A DNA stretch of 64,000 nucleotides from an uncultured Actinomycetes bacterium (GCA_963842575.1 CAWJGS010000010.1:422871-486870), one strand, 5' to 3'; positions 53,238 to 63,921 are shown, counted from the stretch's first letter. The notes: a model not told the origin generated them from the letters alone. Numbers and translations are program-made.

Positions 53238-54915
53238 TTACTTCAGTGCCAGAGCCGGGATGCTGAAGTCCTGATAGATGCCCTGGTAGACAAGGCTCTT
53301 CGGATTCACTCGGTTGGAGAAGAGGTAGCGGTTGTTGTACGTCCGCTCGACGGCCATCGGAGCAACCTGCTTCATGATGTCCAGATCGAGCTTGCTGTAG
53401 GTGGTGAGCCGCTTGTTGCCAATGAGCTTGGCGGCCTTTTCCATCTTCTTGTTCCACTTCGGGACGTTCATGTACGAGTAGTTGACGTTGTTCTCGGGCC
53501 CAATCGCGCCGCCGTACAGGAGGATGTTGATCCAGTCGTACGGATCCGGGTAGTCCGAGCACCAACCCATGTTGACGCCCATGTCGGCGTCGTTGCCCTT
53601 GACGCCCATGGCGTCGTAGATCTGGGCACCCGACAGACCCTTCATGTGGATGTTGCTGTCCGAGAAGCCCATGCGGGTCAGATCGCGCTTGACGATCTGC
53701 GCCTGTGCCGGGTTGATCGTCCCGGAGGAGCGGTACCACACGTTGATGTCCTTGTTGGCGATGTTCCCCGCCAGCTTGCGCGCCTTCGCGATGCTCGGCG
53801 CCTTCAGGGGATACGGCTGCGCGTTGCTCCAGCCGGGCACGCCCGGGTTGAAGATGTGGCTCCACGCCTGACCGGCGTCAGGCCCGGCCTGCTGGACGTA
53901 GGCCTTGCGGTCAACAGCGTAGTTCACGGCCTGGCGGAGCTTCGCGTTGGTGGCGAAGAGCGGCCTGGCCATGTTCATCGGGAGGTAACCGGTGCAGTTG
54001 ACCGGCTTCGTCCAGTACCGGCCCTTGTTCGTACCGAACCTCTGCTTGACGTTCTCTACCTCGGCGGCAGGGATCGGACCCTCGTCGAGCTGGTTGGCGA
54101 GCGTCTGCGTAAACGCCGTCTGCTCGTTGAGGTTCCACTGGATGTCAAGCCCGGTCAGGTTCCGCGGGCGGTTCTTGCCCGGGCCCTTCTTCCAGAACTT
54201 GTTCTGCCGGATCGAGGTCAGCTGGTTCACGTCGTTGCGGCTGACGTAGTACGGACCCGCCGACGGCAGGTTCTGACCGCTGACGTTCACGATTTCCTTC
54301 GTGAGCGGCAGCTTGGTCGACGTCGCCTGGAAGAACGGCATGGTGATCTTCGCCATGAACGTTCCGTCCGCCTTGGTCAGGTTGATGGTGAGCTTGTTGC
54401 CCTTGACCGTGACACCGGACACGCTGCTGCCACCAGCCTCGGCCCCGACGATGTTGGTGCCGTTGGGGTCGGTGATGAACGGCCTCCCCGGCGAGGCAAG
54501 CTCCTTGTTCGCAGTCCGGGTGATCGCGTACTTGAAGTTGTTGCGCGGTCACCGGCTTGCCGTCGCTGAACTTGAAGCCCTTCCGGATCGTGAACGTGTA
54601 CCGCTTCCCGCTATTGGAAACGGTGAAGTTCGAGGCGACCTCGGGGATGAGCTTCGACCCGGGGGGCCCGGGCCTATCCGGATAGTTGTAGAGCTTCGCT
54701 GCGGTCGCGTACTCGAGCCACCAAGCGGTCGTAACGTAGGCGAGCTGCGGATCGATCTGGGTCGAAGACCCTGTCGTCCCGAGACGCCAAATACCGCCCT
54801 TCTTGAGCGCCTGGGCCTGATGACCGTTGCCCGCGGCACTCGCAAGGCTCGCTGCGACCAGAAGGCTCGCCCCAGCCACGAGCATCGTGACCGAGAGCCA
54901 TAGCCGTCTGTGCAT
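53238..54915 (-). pseudogene. Family 5 (peptide/nickel) ABC substrate-binding protein, one frameshift near 54540
   Basis: ATG at 54915 with AAGGAGAG upstream. The signal peptide is MHRRLWLSVTMLVAGASLLVAASLASAAG. ...YTFTIRKGFKFSDGKPVTAQ is followed in the +1 frame by NFKYAITRTANKELASPGRPFITD...VSGVTVKGNKLTINL... Confidence 0.8.
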
Positions 54916-55097
54916 GTCTCTCCTTTCCGTGAACTCGGATCGAGACGAAGCTCGATCCGGGACGGACGCCCGCCCGTCTAGACGATGAGACGACGCCGTA
55001 CCGAAATGGTTAGCGACGCCAGGACGCAGTTGGCGCACCATCCATCTCGCCTTCCCGGGAGGGCCGTGTCCCTAACGGCAAAGATGTTAGGGAACTG

Positions 55098-56181
55098 TTA
55101 GGTATGCGAGGCGCGCGGGTCGAACGCGTCCCGGAGGCCGTCGCCGAGCAGGTTGAACGCGAGCGTAGTCGCGAGCACGGCGAGGCCCGGCCAGAGCATG
55201 AGCAAGGGTCTCGTCGTGTAGTACTGCGGCGCGTCGGAGAGCAGGTTGCCCCAGCTGGCCGTCGGGGGCTTGATCCCTAGGCCGAGGAAGGACAAGCCGG
55301 CTTCCGCGAGGACGTAGCTGGCCACGATGAGCGTCGAGTAGACGATGATCGGGGCGATCAGGTGCGGGAGCACGTGCGAGCGGATGATCCGGAGGTCGCT
55401 CGCTCCGATCATCCTCGCCGCCTCGATGTACTCCTTCTCACGGATCGAGAGGACCTGGGCGCGCATGATCCTGCACGGGTAGAACCAGCCGAAGATGGTG
55501 AAGATAAGGACGAGCGTGATGACGCCCGGGGCTAAGAAGCCGAAGGTGATCGAGTCGAGCTGCGGGCCGACGGTGGCGGCGAGCGCGACGATGAACAGCA
55601 GCGCCGGGAAGGCCATCGTGATCTCGGTCACGCGCGAGATCAGCGTGTCCACCCAACCGCGGAAGTAGCCCGGCGATCGAGCCGAGGATGACCCCGATGA
55701 ACATCACGCCGATCGTCGAGAAGACGGCGACCTCGAGCGAGACCTGCGCGCCGTAGAGCAGGCGCAGGAACTCGTCCTGGCCGAGCCGGTTCGCCGCGCC
55801 CAGGACGAGGATGTCGTGGTTCGTGTGCGTGTACGTCGGCGGCGCGAGGTACTCGATGTGCGTCCACGGGTTCGCCGGCAGCAGTGAGGTCGGCTCGACC
55901 GCCCCCGTCTCGGTGCCGAAGATGTCGTTCGGGCCGTGGCCGATGAAATGCTGCGCGATCGGCGCGCCGACGAACGCGACGACGACGAGGACGATGATGA
56001 AGATCCCGCTCGCGATCGCGACCCTGTCGCGCTTGAAGCGGATCCAGACGAGCTCCCAGTAGCCGCGCGCCCGGACGGATTCGAGCGAGCCGAGCTCCGC
56101 GCCGGTCTCGCTGGCGACTGCGGCGCCGAGTCCGGCGGCGCCGCCGACTACGACTTCTTTTTCAGGAGGAGTGGAAGACAT
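55098..56181 (-). pseudogene. Peptide ABC transporter permease (DppC/OppC-like), one frameshift near 55669
   Basis: ...VFSTIGVMFIGVILGSIAG is followed in the +1 frame by YFRGWVDTLISRVTEITMAFPALLFIVALA...EYIEAARMIGASDLRIIRSHVLPH. Confidence 0.8.
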
Positions 56182-56261
56182 CCCGGGGGTCTCGGAAATA
56201 TAGACGAGCCTTATACCCGGAGAGTTAGAGCTCTAGTCCTCAGGAATTACTGAGTGAGCGG

Positions 56262-57158
56262 TTACCCGGTCAAGGCGTCGGCGCCGGCGACCACTTCCAG
56301 GATTTCCTGGGTGATCGCGGCCTGGCGCGCGCGGTTCAGCTCGAGGGTCAGCGAGGTGATCAGCTCGCCGGCGTTCTTGGACGCGTTGCGTGTCGCCGTC
56401 ATCCGCGCGCCGTGCTCGGATGCGGCTGATTCGAGCAGTGCGCGGTACAGCTCGGTCTCGAGGTAGACGGGCAGAAGGCGCTCGAGGATCTGCTCCGGCT
56501 CCGGCTCGTAGATGAAGTCGCCGAGGAGCGCCCGCGAGTGCTCGTCCTCCTCATCCTCCTCGTGGCCCAGCTTCTCCTCCGAGATCGGCAGGACCTCCTG
56601 CTCGGTCACACGCTGGACGAGCGGCGAGACGTAGTGGTTGTAGACGATCACGGCCTGGTCGATCTCCTCGGCGGTGTACAGCTCGGCCAGGCGGTGGGCG
56701 ATCGCCTGCGCGTCGTGGTAGGAGGGCTTGTCGGTGAAGCCCGTCCAGGCCTGGTCGATCTCGTAGCGGCGGAAGAGGAGCGAGCCGCGACCCTTGCGGC
56801 CGACCGCGAGCCAGCGGATGTCCTTGCCCTCGCCGCGCAGGCTCCGCTCCAGGGCGAACGCGCGGCGGAGGATCTGCGCGTTGAACGCGCCGGCCAGGCC
56901 TCGGTCCCCGGTGAGCGGGACGATGGCCACGTTCTGCACCTCGCGTTTCTGGAGCAAGGCGAGGCCGCGGAGGGACGAGGCGGCGCGCGCCGTCCCCGCG
57001 GTCAGCTCCTGCATCCGGTCGGCGTAGTCGCGCATCTCGACGATCCGCGCCTCCGCCCGGCGCAGCCGCGCGGCGGCGACGAGCTCCATCGCCTTGGTGA
57101 TCTTGCGCGTGTTCGAGACGGAGCGGATCCGCCGCCGGATGTCCTGGAGCGTGGCCAC
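56262..57158 (-). CDS. atpG: F1 ATP synthase gamma subunit
   Basis: MATLQDIRRRIRSVSNTRKITKAMELVAAARLRRAE...ITQEILEVVAGADAL is the canonical gamma sequence. Confidence 0.95.
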   Translation of the reverse strand: MATLQDIRRRIRSVSNTRKITKAMELVAAARLRRAEARIVEMRDYADRMQELTAGTARAASSLRGLALLQKREVQNVAIVPLTGDRGLAGAFNAQILRRAFALERSLRGEGKDIRWLAVGRKGRGSLLFRRYEIDQAWTGFTDKPSYHDAQAIAHRLAELYTAEEIDQAVIVYNHYVSPLVQRVTEQEVLPISEEKLGHEEDEEDEHSRALLGDFIYEPEPEQILERLLPVYLETELYRALLESAASEHGARMTATRNASKNAGELITSLTLELNRARQAAITQEILEVVAGADALTG

Positions 57159-57161
57159 GAG

Positions 57162-58690
57162 CTACGCCGCGACCGTTTCCTGTTCGGTCACCGCAAAGGT
57201 CTCCTTGAACCGCTCGATCGCCTCGCGCAGCTGCTTCTCCAGGTCGTCCGAGATGTCGCCGCTCTCGCGGATCTCGCCGAGGATCGTCTTGTCCGTCTTC
57301 ATGTACTCGCGCAGCTCGTTCTGGAAGCGGGGCACGTCCTCTGCGGGGATGTCGTCCAGGTAGCCGTTGATGCCCGCATAGAGCGCGACTACCTGCTCCT
57401 CAGTCGGCCAGGGGTCGTACTGCGGCTGGTTGAGCGTCGCGACCATGCGCTCGCCGCGGCCGAGCGCGGCCTGTGTCGTCGCGTCGAGCTCGGAGCCGAA
57501 CTGTGCGAACGCCTCGAGCTCGCGGTACTGGGAGAGGTCGAGGCGGAGCCGTCCCGCCACCTTCCGCATCGCACGGACCTGGGCGTTTCCGCCGACGCGC
57601 GAGACCGACCGGCCGACGTCGATCGCCGGGCGAATGCCCGAGAAGAAGAGATCGGTCTCGAGGTAGATCTGCCCGTCGGTGATCGAGATCACGTTCGTGG
57701 GGATGTACGCGGCCACGTCGCCGGCCTGAGTCTCGATGACCGGCAGCGCCGTCAGCGAGCCGGCGCCGAACTCGTCGTTCAGCTTGCAGGCGCGCTCGAG
57801 GAGCCGCGAGTGCAGGTAGAAGACGTCGCCGGGGAAAGCCTCGCGTCCGGGCGGGCGGCGCAACAGCAGGGACATCTGCCGGTACGCGTCCGCGTGCTTG
57901 GAGAGGTCGTCGTACATCAGCAGGGAGTGGCCGCCGTTGAACATGACGTGCTCGCCCATCGCGCAACCGGCATACGGCGCCATCCACTTGATCGGCGCGG
58001 CCTCGTTGGCGGCGGCGGTCACGATGATCGTGTACTCCATCGCGCCCGCGTCCCGCAACCGCTCGTACACCTGGGCGACCGTGGACGCCTTCTGGCCGAT
58101 GGCCACGTAGATGCAGACGACGTCCGTGTCGCGCTGGTTCAGGATCGTGTCGACGAGGATCGCCGTCTTGCCGGTGGAGCGGTCGCCCAGGATGAGCTCG
58201 CGCTGCCCGCGGCCGATCGGGATCATCGAGTCGATCGCCTTGAGGCCGGTCTGCAGCGGCTCCTTCACCGGCTGCCGGTCCACGACGCCCGGAGCCTTGA
58301 ACTCCAGCTGGCGGGTCTCCTCGGTCTGGATCGGGCCCTGGCCGTCGAGCGGCCGGCCGAGCGGGTCGACCACGCGGCCGAGCAGCGCATCGCCGACGGG
58401 CACGGAGGCGACCCGTCCGGTTCTGCGGACCGGCTCTCCCTCGCGGACGTGCTCCCACTCGCCGAACAGCGCCGCCCCGACGTTGTCTTCCTCGAGGTTG
58501 AACGCGAGGCCGACGACGCCGTGCTCGAGCTCGAGCATCTCCAGCGCCACCGCGTTTTCGAGGCCGTACAGGCGCGCGATTCCGTCGCCCACTTGGAGGA
58601 CGGTGCCGACCTCGGACAGGTTCGTCTCGACGTCGAAGTCTTCGATTCGCTGCTTGAGGATCGAAGTGATTTCTTCGGGCGTAGCTTCAA
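57162..58690 (-). CDS. atpA: F1 ATP synthase alpha subunit; in this sequence its first 5 codons are out of frame, and the track shows it fused to atpH
   Basis: TTG at 58690 is preceded by TAAGGAGAAACC. TTG AAG CTA CGC CC(C) GAA GAA ATC would give [20 protein letters not shown]. The sequence has CCC where four C would keep the frame. Walker A is [10 protein letters not shown]. Confidence 0.85.
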
Positions 58691-58699
58691 GGTTTCTCC

Positions 58700-59231
58700 T
58701 TAGGTAGGTGCGAAGTTCACGGCGCAGCCGCTCCAGGCGGCCGCGGAGACTGGCGTCGAGACGCAGCGATCCGACCTGGAGGACGACGCCTCCGAGCAGG
58801 TCGGGATCGACGCGCCGGGTGGCCTCGACGTTACGCCCGCTCGCGCGCTCGATCTGCTGGACGATCTGGCCTGCCTCCTCGTCGGAGAGCTCGATCGCGG
58901 TGGCGAGCTCGAGCGAGAGGCGGCCTGTCTCATCGGCGAGGAAGCGCTCGAACTCGCGCTCTGTCTCTTCCAGCTCGCCCGCACGGCCCTGCTCGGTCAG
59001 CACGAGCACGAAGTTGCGCACGAGCTCATCCGAGCCGGCGAGCACGTCGCTGAGCGCGGCGATCTTGACGCGCCGGTCGAGGACGGGGTCGCGCAGCAGC
59101 GCCCGCAGCTCCGGGACCTCGCGGACGGCGTCGACGAAGTCGCTCAGGTCCCGCTGGACCTCCTCCAGCCTGTTCCGTTCCTGCGCGGCCTCGAAGAGGG
59201 CGCGCGCGTACCTGCGCTCAGCGGCGGCCAC
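58700..59231 (-). CDS. atpH: F1 ATP synthase delta (OSCP) subunit; its stop is lost in this sequence through a one-base shift
   Basis: [12 protein letters not shown]...[65 protein letters not shown] at 58702-58700 comes into frame if one C of ACC TAC C TAA is removed. Confidence 0.8.
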
Positions 59232-59748
59232 TTTCCTCCAGTACCGAGAAGTCGAGATCCCCGACGGCCTCCTCGATCAGACGCTTGTGGTCCTCGTCGT
59301 CGAGCACCTTGCCGGTGATCCGCTCGGTCGCGATCAGCGTCAGGTCGGCGACTTCGGTCCGGATCTGTTCGAGAGCGCGCTGCGTCTCGGCCTCGATCAG
59401 GCGCTTGGTCTCCTCGAGCCTCCGCTGGCGATCGGCCTCGGTCTCCTCCTTCGCCCGCTCGCGCTGGGCGTCGGCGACCCGCCGCGCCTCCGTGAGGATG
59501 CGGTCGGCGTCGCCGCGCGCCTGGGCGATCAGCTTGCGGTGCTCTTCGAGGAGATTGTGCGCTTCTGCGCGTGAGTTCTCCGCCTCCTCGAGCGACTGCT
59601 TGATGCGCTCGCGGCGGTCGTCGATCACCTTCTGGATCGGACCGAAGGCGTATCGCTTCAGCACGAAGAACGTGATGAAGAAGAACACCAGGGTCCAGAT
59701 CATCAGACCCGGGATGATCTTCGTGAGCGGGCTGCTTGCTGCGAGCAT
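59218..59748 (-). CDS. atpF: F0 ATP synthase subunit b
   Basis: A single N-terminal TM segment ([14 protein letters not shown]) is followed by a long charged helix. Confidence 0.9.
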   Translation of the reverse strand: MLAASSPLTKIIPGLMIWTLVFFFITFFVLKRYAFGPIQKVIDDRRERIKQSLEEAENSRAEAHNLLEEHRKLIAQARGDADRILTEARRVADAQRERAKEETEADRQRRLEETKRLIEAETQRALEQIRTEVADLTLIATERITGKVLDDEDHKRLIEEAVGDLDFSVLEESGRR

Positions 59749-59751
59749 CGG

Positions 59752-60027
59752 CTAGGTATTCGAGACGAGAACGAACCCGAGGAATCCGCCTACCAGGCCG
59801 TAGAACACGACGGCCTCGGTGAGCGCGAACCCGAGCCACATGATTCCCTGCAGCTCTCCGCGCAGCTCGGGCTGGCGGGCGACCGACTGGATCATCGAGC
59901 CGAACACGATCCCGATGCCGACGCCGGCGCCGAGCGACCCGAGCCCCATGCCGAGGCCGAAGCCGAGGGCCTTGGCGGCCTTGACCACGTCCCCCGTGGT
60001 TTCGAACAGGATGTTGAGCGCGTGCAC
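59752..60027 (-). CDS. atpE: F0 ATP synthase subunit c
   Basis: Hairpin proteolipid with GLGSLGAGVGIG, the loop RQPE, and the carboxylate in GFALTEAVVFYGL. Confidence 0.93.
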   Translation of the reverse strand: MHALNILFETTGDVVKAAKALGFGLGMGLGSLGAGVGIGIVFGSMIQSVARQPELRGELQGIMWLGFALTEAVVFYGLVGGFLGFVLVSNT

Positions 60028-60037
60028 TCTTCCCTCC

Positions 60038-60853
60038 TTAGTGGGCAGGCTCGATGGCCGAGCCGATGTAGATGGCTGTCAGTGCGGCGAAGATGAACGC
60101 CTGAATGGTCACCACGATCACGACCTCGAAGAGGTAGAAGGCGATGCCAATCGTGAACGAGATCGGGACGACGATGTAAAAGGTGACGCCGCTGAGGATG
60201 AAGATCAGGCCGATGGAGACCAGGATCAGCATGTGCCCGGCGAGCATGTTGGCGTAGAGCCGGACGCTGAGGCTGACGATGCGGAAGAAGTGCGAGATCG
60301 CCTCGAGAATGGCCATGGCCGGGACCATCGCGCGCGGCACACCGGCCGGCACGAACGTCTTGACGTACTTGCCGCCGTTCCAGCGGAAGCCCTCGTAGTG
60401 CGTGAAGAAGACGGTGAAGATCGCGAGGACGAGCGTCACCGAGAGCTGCGAGGTCGCCGCGTAGATCCCCCATGTGGGGATCCCGTGCCACTTCTCTCCC
60501 GTGAACGGCAGCGGGATGAAGCCGAGCAGGTTGACCACCCAGATGAAGAGGAAGAGCGTCGCCACGTACGGGAACCAGCGGTTGATCGCCTTCGAGGGGA
60601 GCCCCTGCTCGGCGATCTGCGTCTGCGTGATGTCGTAGACCGCCTCACCGATCGTCTGCCGCTTGTCGGGAAGCAGCGCCAGGCGGGCGCGCATGAGGAC
60701 GATCCCCAGAATGATCGTGAGGAGCGACCCGAGGGCGAGGTAGACGACCGCCTTGTTGATCGAGAGGTCGAGGGGGCCGATGTGGATCGGGATCCAGTTG
60801 TGGAGCTTGAACTCGTCCGCGGGGTTGAACGTCTCTGCGAGCAGGTACCCCAT
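60038..60853 (-). CDS. atpB: F0 ATP synthase subunit a
   Basis: LSVRLYANMLAGHML contains the essential Arg. The size and 5-6 TM layout fit subunit a. Confidence 0.93.
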   Translation of the reverse strand: MGYLLAETFNPADEFKLHNWIPIHIGPLDLSINKAVVYLALGSLLTIILGIVLMRARLALLPDKRQTIGEAVYDITQTQIAEQGLPSKAINRWFPYVATLFLFIWVVNLLGFIPLPFTGEKWHGIPTWGIYAATSQLSVTLVLAIFTVFFTHYEGFRWNGGKYVKTFVPAGVPRAMVPAMAILEAISHFFRIVSLSVRLYANMLAGHMLILVSIGLIFILSGVTFYIVVPISFTIGIAFYLFEVVIVVTIQAFIFAALTAIYIGSAIEPAH

Positions 60854-61257
60854 CAGTGGGCCGGGCCTTTCGCCGCGGGGCCGTTGAAGTACTCGATCAG
60901 CGAGACGGCGAGCGAGAGCGTGTACGCGGCCGCGTAGACGACGACGGCGCAGACGCCGACCGGCTTGTTCGCAGCGGTCACGATCAGGAGGATGACCATG
61001 ACGGCGATGCCGCGCCAGGCCATCGTCAGAGCGACGAGGCCGGACATCTTGAGGTTGTCGGCGCCGATCGGAAGGCGCGCGAGCCAGATCCCCAGCAGCT
61101 CGGCGGCAACCCAGAGGATCGCCGCGAGCGCCCAGCCCGCCACGGGGAATCCGCCGATCAGCACGATCGGCAGCGCCAGCGAGACCACGATCGCGCCCGT
61201 GATGGTCGGGAGGCGCCTATTCGGCACGGGGCGCGGTGTGGAGAAAACGCCGGCCAT
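60853..61257 (-). CDS. AtpI-like hydrophobic protein upstream of atpB
   Basis: Four TM segments, a 1-nt overlap with atpB, and a position equivalent to atpI. Assigned by position and hydrophobicity only. Confidence 0.55.
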   Translation of the reverse strand: MAGVFSTPRPVPNRRLPTITGAIVVSLALPIVLIGGFPVAGWALAAILWVAAELLGIWLARLPIGADNLKMSGLVALTMAWRGIAVMVILLIVTAANKPVGVCAVVVYAAAYTLSLAVSLIEYFNGPAAKGPAH

Positions 61258-61461
61258 CTAGGTGAAATATCCCCGGTAGCGGCGATAGACGGCGAAGACA
61301 CCCGCGGGAATGCTGACGATCGCGCCCACGAGGGCGCCGATCCCGATCGATCCGGCCGCCCAGCCGATCAGCGCGCCGAGGCCCATGCCCGTAGCCGTCG
61401 TCCCCACCAGGACACCGCCTGCACCGGCCGGGCTGAAGGAGGGACGGGAGGCGGGCTCCAT
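61258..61461 (-). CDS. AtpZ/ATPase_gene1-type small membrane protein
   Basis: ATG at 61461 (MEPASRPSFSPAGAGGVLVGTTATGMGLGALIGWAAGSIGIGALVGAIVSIPAGVFAVYRRYRGYFT). It has two TM segments and a basic tail, typical of the small gene that precedes atpI. The rest of the 420-aa track ORF is antisense to the DUF354 gene. Confidence 0.6.
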   Translation of the reverse strand: MEPASRPSFSPAGAGGVLVGTTATGMGLGALIGWAAGSIGIGALVGAIVSIPAGVFAVYRRYRGYFT

Positions 61462-61650
61462 GCAGGGCGAGCATACCAAACTGGCGGCCGAGCTTGTGAC
61501 AGCGCAAAGCCGCTTGATTGAGCGAATTGCGTCCAACTTTGTACGAACCGGGGTCAGACCCCGGGACGTGTCCAGGGGCCAGTACGGGGGCCAGGGGAGG
61601 GGGTTGGGGAACCGGAGGTTCCCAGCTACGGAGATGACCAGCATCTGTGA

Positions 61651-62667
61651 ATGCGGGTCTGGATGGACCTGACGAACACGGCGCACGTGCTTGTCCTGCG
61701 CCCCCTCGTCGAGCGCCTCGAGGCAGCGGGACACGAGGTCGAGCTGACCGCAAGGCCGCTGTCGCACACTCTGGAGCTGCTCGACGACTGGGGGCATCCC
61801 TACACCGCGCTCGGCCGCCACGGCGGCGCGGGCCGGGCCGGCAAGGCGCTCGCCGCGGCGTCGCGGGTACCCCAGCTCATGCGCTGGGCGCGCGGGGAAC
61901 GGCTCGACTGCGCCCTCGCGCACGGCTCCACCGACCTCCCGCCAGTCGCCCGCGCACGACGGATCCCGAACACGACCATGTTCGACTACGAGTGGGCGAC
62001 GCTCCAGCACTCCGTCAACTGCCGCCTCGCGAACCGCGTCCTCGTTCCGGCCGCGATTCCCGCCGACCGGCTTGCCCGCTACGGCGCGCGTCCACCCAAG
62101 CTCGTGCAGTACCCGGGACTGAAGGAGGAGTACTACCTCGCGGATTTCGAGCCGGATCCCGCCGTCCTCGAGCAGCTGGGGGTAGAGGGCGCGCGGCCGC
62201 TCGCAGTCGTCCGGACGGCGCCCTCGTACGCGCTCTACCTCGGCGGCTCCGAGAGCTCGCTCCTGCGCGGCGTGCTCGAGCGGCTCGCAGCGGAGGGAGC
62301 GCAGACCGTCGTGCTCGCTCGGACCGACGAGCAGCGCCGCGCCGTCGAGGGGCTCGGCCTCGGCGCAATCGTCCCGGCGCGGGCCGTGGACGGGCGCAGC
62401 CTCGTCGCCTTCGCCGACCTGCTCGTCTCGGCGGGCGGGACGATGAACCGTGAGGCCGCCGTCCTGGGCACGCCGGTGTGGTCGATCTTCGAGGGGAAGC
62501 TCGGCGCGGTGGACGAGCAACTCTCCCGCGAGGGCCGCCTACGGTTCCTCGAGGACCCCGGGCAGCTCACCGTCGAGCGGAAGCCGCCCGGCGCCTACGA
62601 GAACCGGGTCAGACGAGACCCCGCCGAGCTTCTACGCCTCGCGCTCCCCTGGGTCGATCGCGGCTGA
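61651..62667 (+). CDS. DUF354-family protein (GT-B glycosyltransferase-like fold)
   Basis: MRVWMDLTNTAHVLVLRPLVERLEAAGHEVELTARP...SAGGTMNREAAVLGTPVWSIF fits the DUF354 N- and C-terminal signatures. Confidence 0.7.
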   Translation: MRVWMDLTNTAHVLVLRPLVERLEAAGHEVELTARPLSHTLELLDDWGHPYTALGRHGGAGRAGKALAAASRVPQLMRWARGERLDCALAHGSTDLPPVARARRIPNTTMFDYEWATLQHSVNCRLANRVLVPAAIPADRLARYGARPPKLVQYPGLKEEYYLADFEPDPAVLEQLGVEGARPLAVVRTAPSYALYLGGSESSLLRGVLERLAAEGAQTVVLARTDEQRRAVEGLGLGAIVPARAVDGRSLVAFADLLVSAGGTMNREAAVLGTPVWSIFEGKLGAVDEQLSREGRLRFLEDPGQLTVERKPPGAYENRVRRDPAELLRLALPWVDRG

Positions 62668-62692
62668 GTTACGCCTCCCAGCCGGGATGCCC

Positions 62693-63865
62693 CTACCGTC
62701 TGCCGGAGCTGAGCACGCGCTCGACCGCTTCCTCGTGATCCTCCTCGGGCTCGCGCCGCTTTCCGCGCAGAACCTGCAGGTGGCGGGACTTGAGGATCTC
62801 GAGCGAGTACACCATCCAGACGGAGGCGGCGACGACGACGAGCCCGTACGCGAGGTCGATCAGCGTGTTGCCGAGATCCCAGTGGCCGAACGGCCGCGGC
62901 GGGACGAAGCGCAGGAGGATGGCGTAACCGGCGACGAGCGCGGCCCAGACGTGCAGGTAGGCCGCCGTCTTCCGCTGCGAGTATCCGATCCGCATGAACC
63001 GGTGGTAGAAGTGGTTGTGGTCCGCCCCCCATGGCGGCCGCCGGTATTTGAGCCGCTTCAGGACGACGAAGGACGTGTCGAGAATGGGGATGGCCATCAC
63101 GAGCAGCGGCGCGACGACCGCGATCGTCGCCGCGGTCTTCAGCACGCCCTGCACCGCGACCGTGGCCAGCACGAATCCGAGCGCGAGCGCACCCGAGTCG
63201 CCCATGAAGATCTTGGCGGGGTGGTAGTTCGAGCGGAGGAAGGCGAGCGTCGCTCCGCAGACGATCATGGCCAGGATCGCCGCCTCGTTCCGCCCGAAGG
63301 ACACGGCCAGCACCGCGAACGTGAAGGCGGCTATGGCGACGATGCCCGCCGCCAGCGCGTCCATTCCGTCGATCAGGTTCACGAGGTTGGCGAGGCCGGC
63401 GATCCAGAGGATCGTGATCGGGTACGCGACCCAGCCGATGTCGTGGTAGCCGATCAGAGGCAGGCCGATGTTGTGGAAGACGACGTCGTACCCGACGACC
63501 GGGATGAGAGCGATCAGCACCATCCCGCCCAGCTTCACGATGGGCCTGACGCCCCAGATGTCGTCCACGAGCCCGAGCAAGGCAGCCAGCGCCGTCCCGA
63601 TGAGGATCCCGAGGTAGGCGCCGTCGAGGTTCATGAAGATCGCCATGGGCACGAGGATCCCGACGACGATGGCGAGCCCGCCGATTCGGGGCACCGGCAT
63701 CTTGTGCACTCGCGGGCGGTCCGTCTTGTCGTCCACCCCGCCGATGCGCGGGGCGAGCACGGAGACGACCGGCGTCAGTACAAGGACGATGGCGGCCGCG
63801 ACGAGAAACCCCCACAGCGCCGACGATTCCTCCACGAGCGCGCGGAGGGAGTCCGGAAAGGACAT
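62693..63865 (-). CDS. wecA: Undecaprenyl-phosphate GlcNAc-1-phosphate transferase (MraY/WecA family, GT4)
   Basis: LGLVDDIWG, ANLVNLIDGMDALAAG and KIFMGDSGALALGF are present, with about 11 TM segments. Its position upstream of the atp operon matches other Actinomycetota. Confidence 0.85.
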   Translation of the reverse strand: MSFPDSLRALVEESSALWGFLVAAAIVLVLTPVVSVLAPRIGGVDDKTDRPRVHKMPVPRIGGLAIVVGILVPMAIFMNLDGAYLGILIGTALAALLGLVDDIWGVRPIVKLGGMVLIALIPVVGYDVVFHNIGLPLIGYHDIGWVAYPITILWIAGLANLVNLIDGMDALAAGIVAIAAFTFAVLAVSFGRNEAAILAMIVCGATLAFLRSNYHPAKIFMGDSGALALGFVLATVAVQGVLKTAATIAVVAPLLVMAIPILDTSFVVLKRLKYRRPPWGADHNHFYHRFMRIGYSQRKTAAYLHVWAALVAGYAILLRFVPPRPFGHWDLGNTLIDLAYGLVVVAASVWMVYSLEILKSRHLQVLRGKRREPEEDHEEAVERVLSSGRR

Positions 63866-63921
63866 GGAAGGTTCTTATAGCAGAGGGAATTGACGACCCT
63901 CGCTGGTACGATCGGACGCTT

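Noticed and set aside
56538-58703. 721-aa plus-strand ORF
   Set aside because: It is antisense to atpG and atpA, which carry unmistakable Walker and family motifs on the minus strand.
57162-59231. A natural delta-alpha fusion subunit of ATP synthase
   Set aside because: An out-of-frame TAA-GGAG-TTG signature sits exactly at the junction, and two homopolymer adjustments restore standard termini. Paired indels are therefore more parsimonious. It is kept as a finding to be checked, but not claimed.
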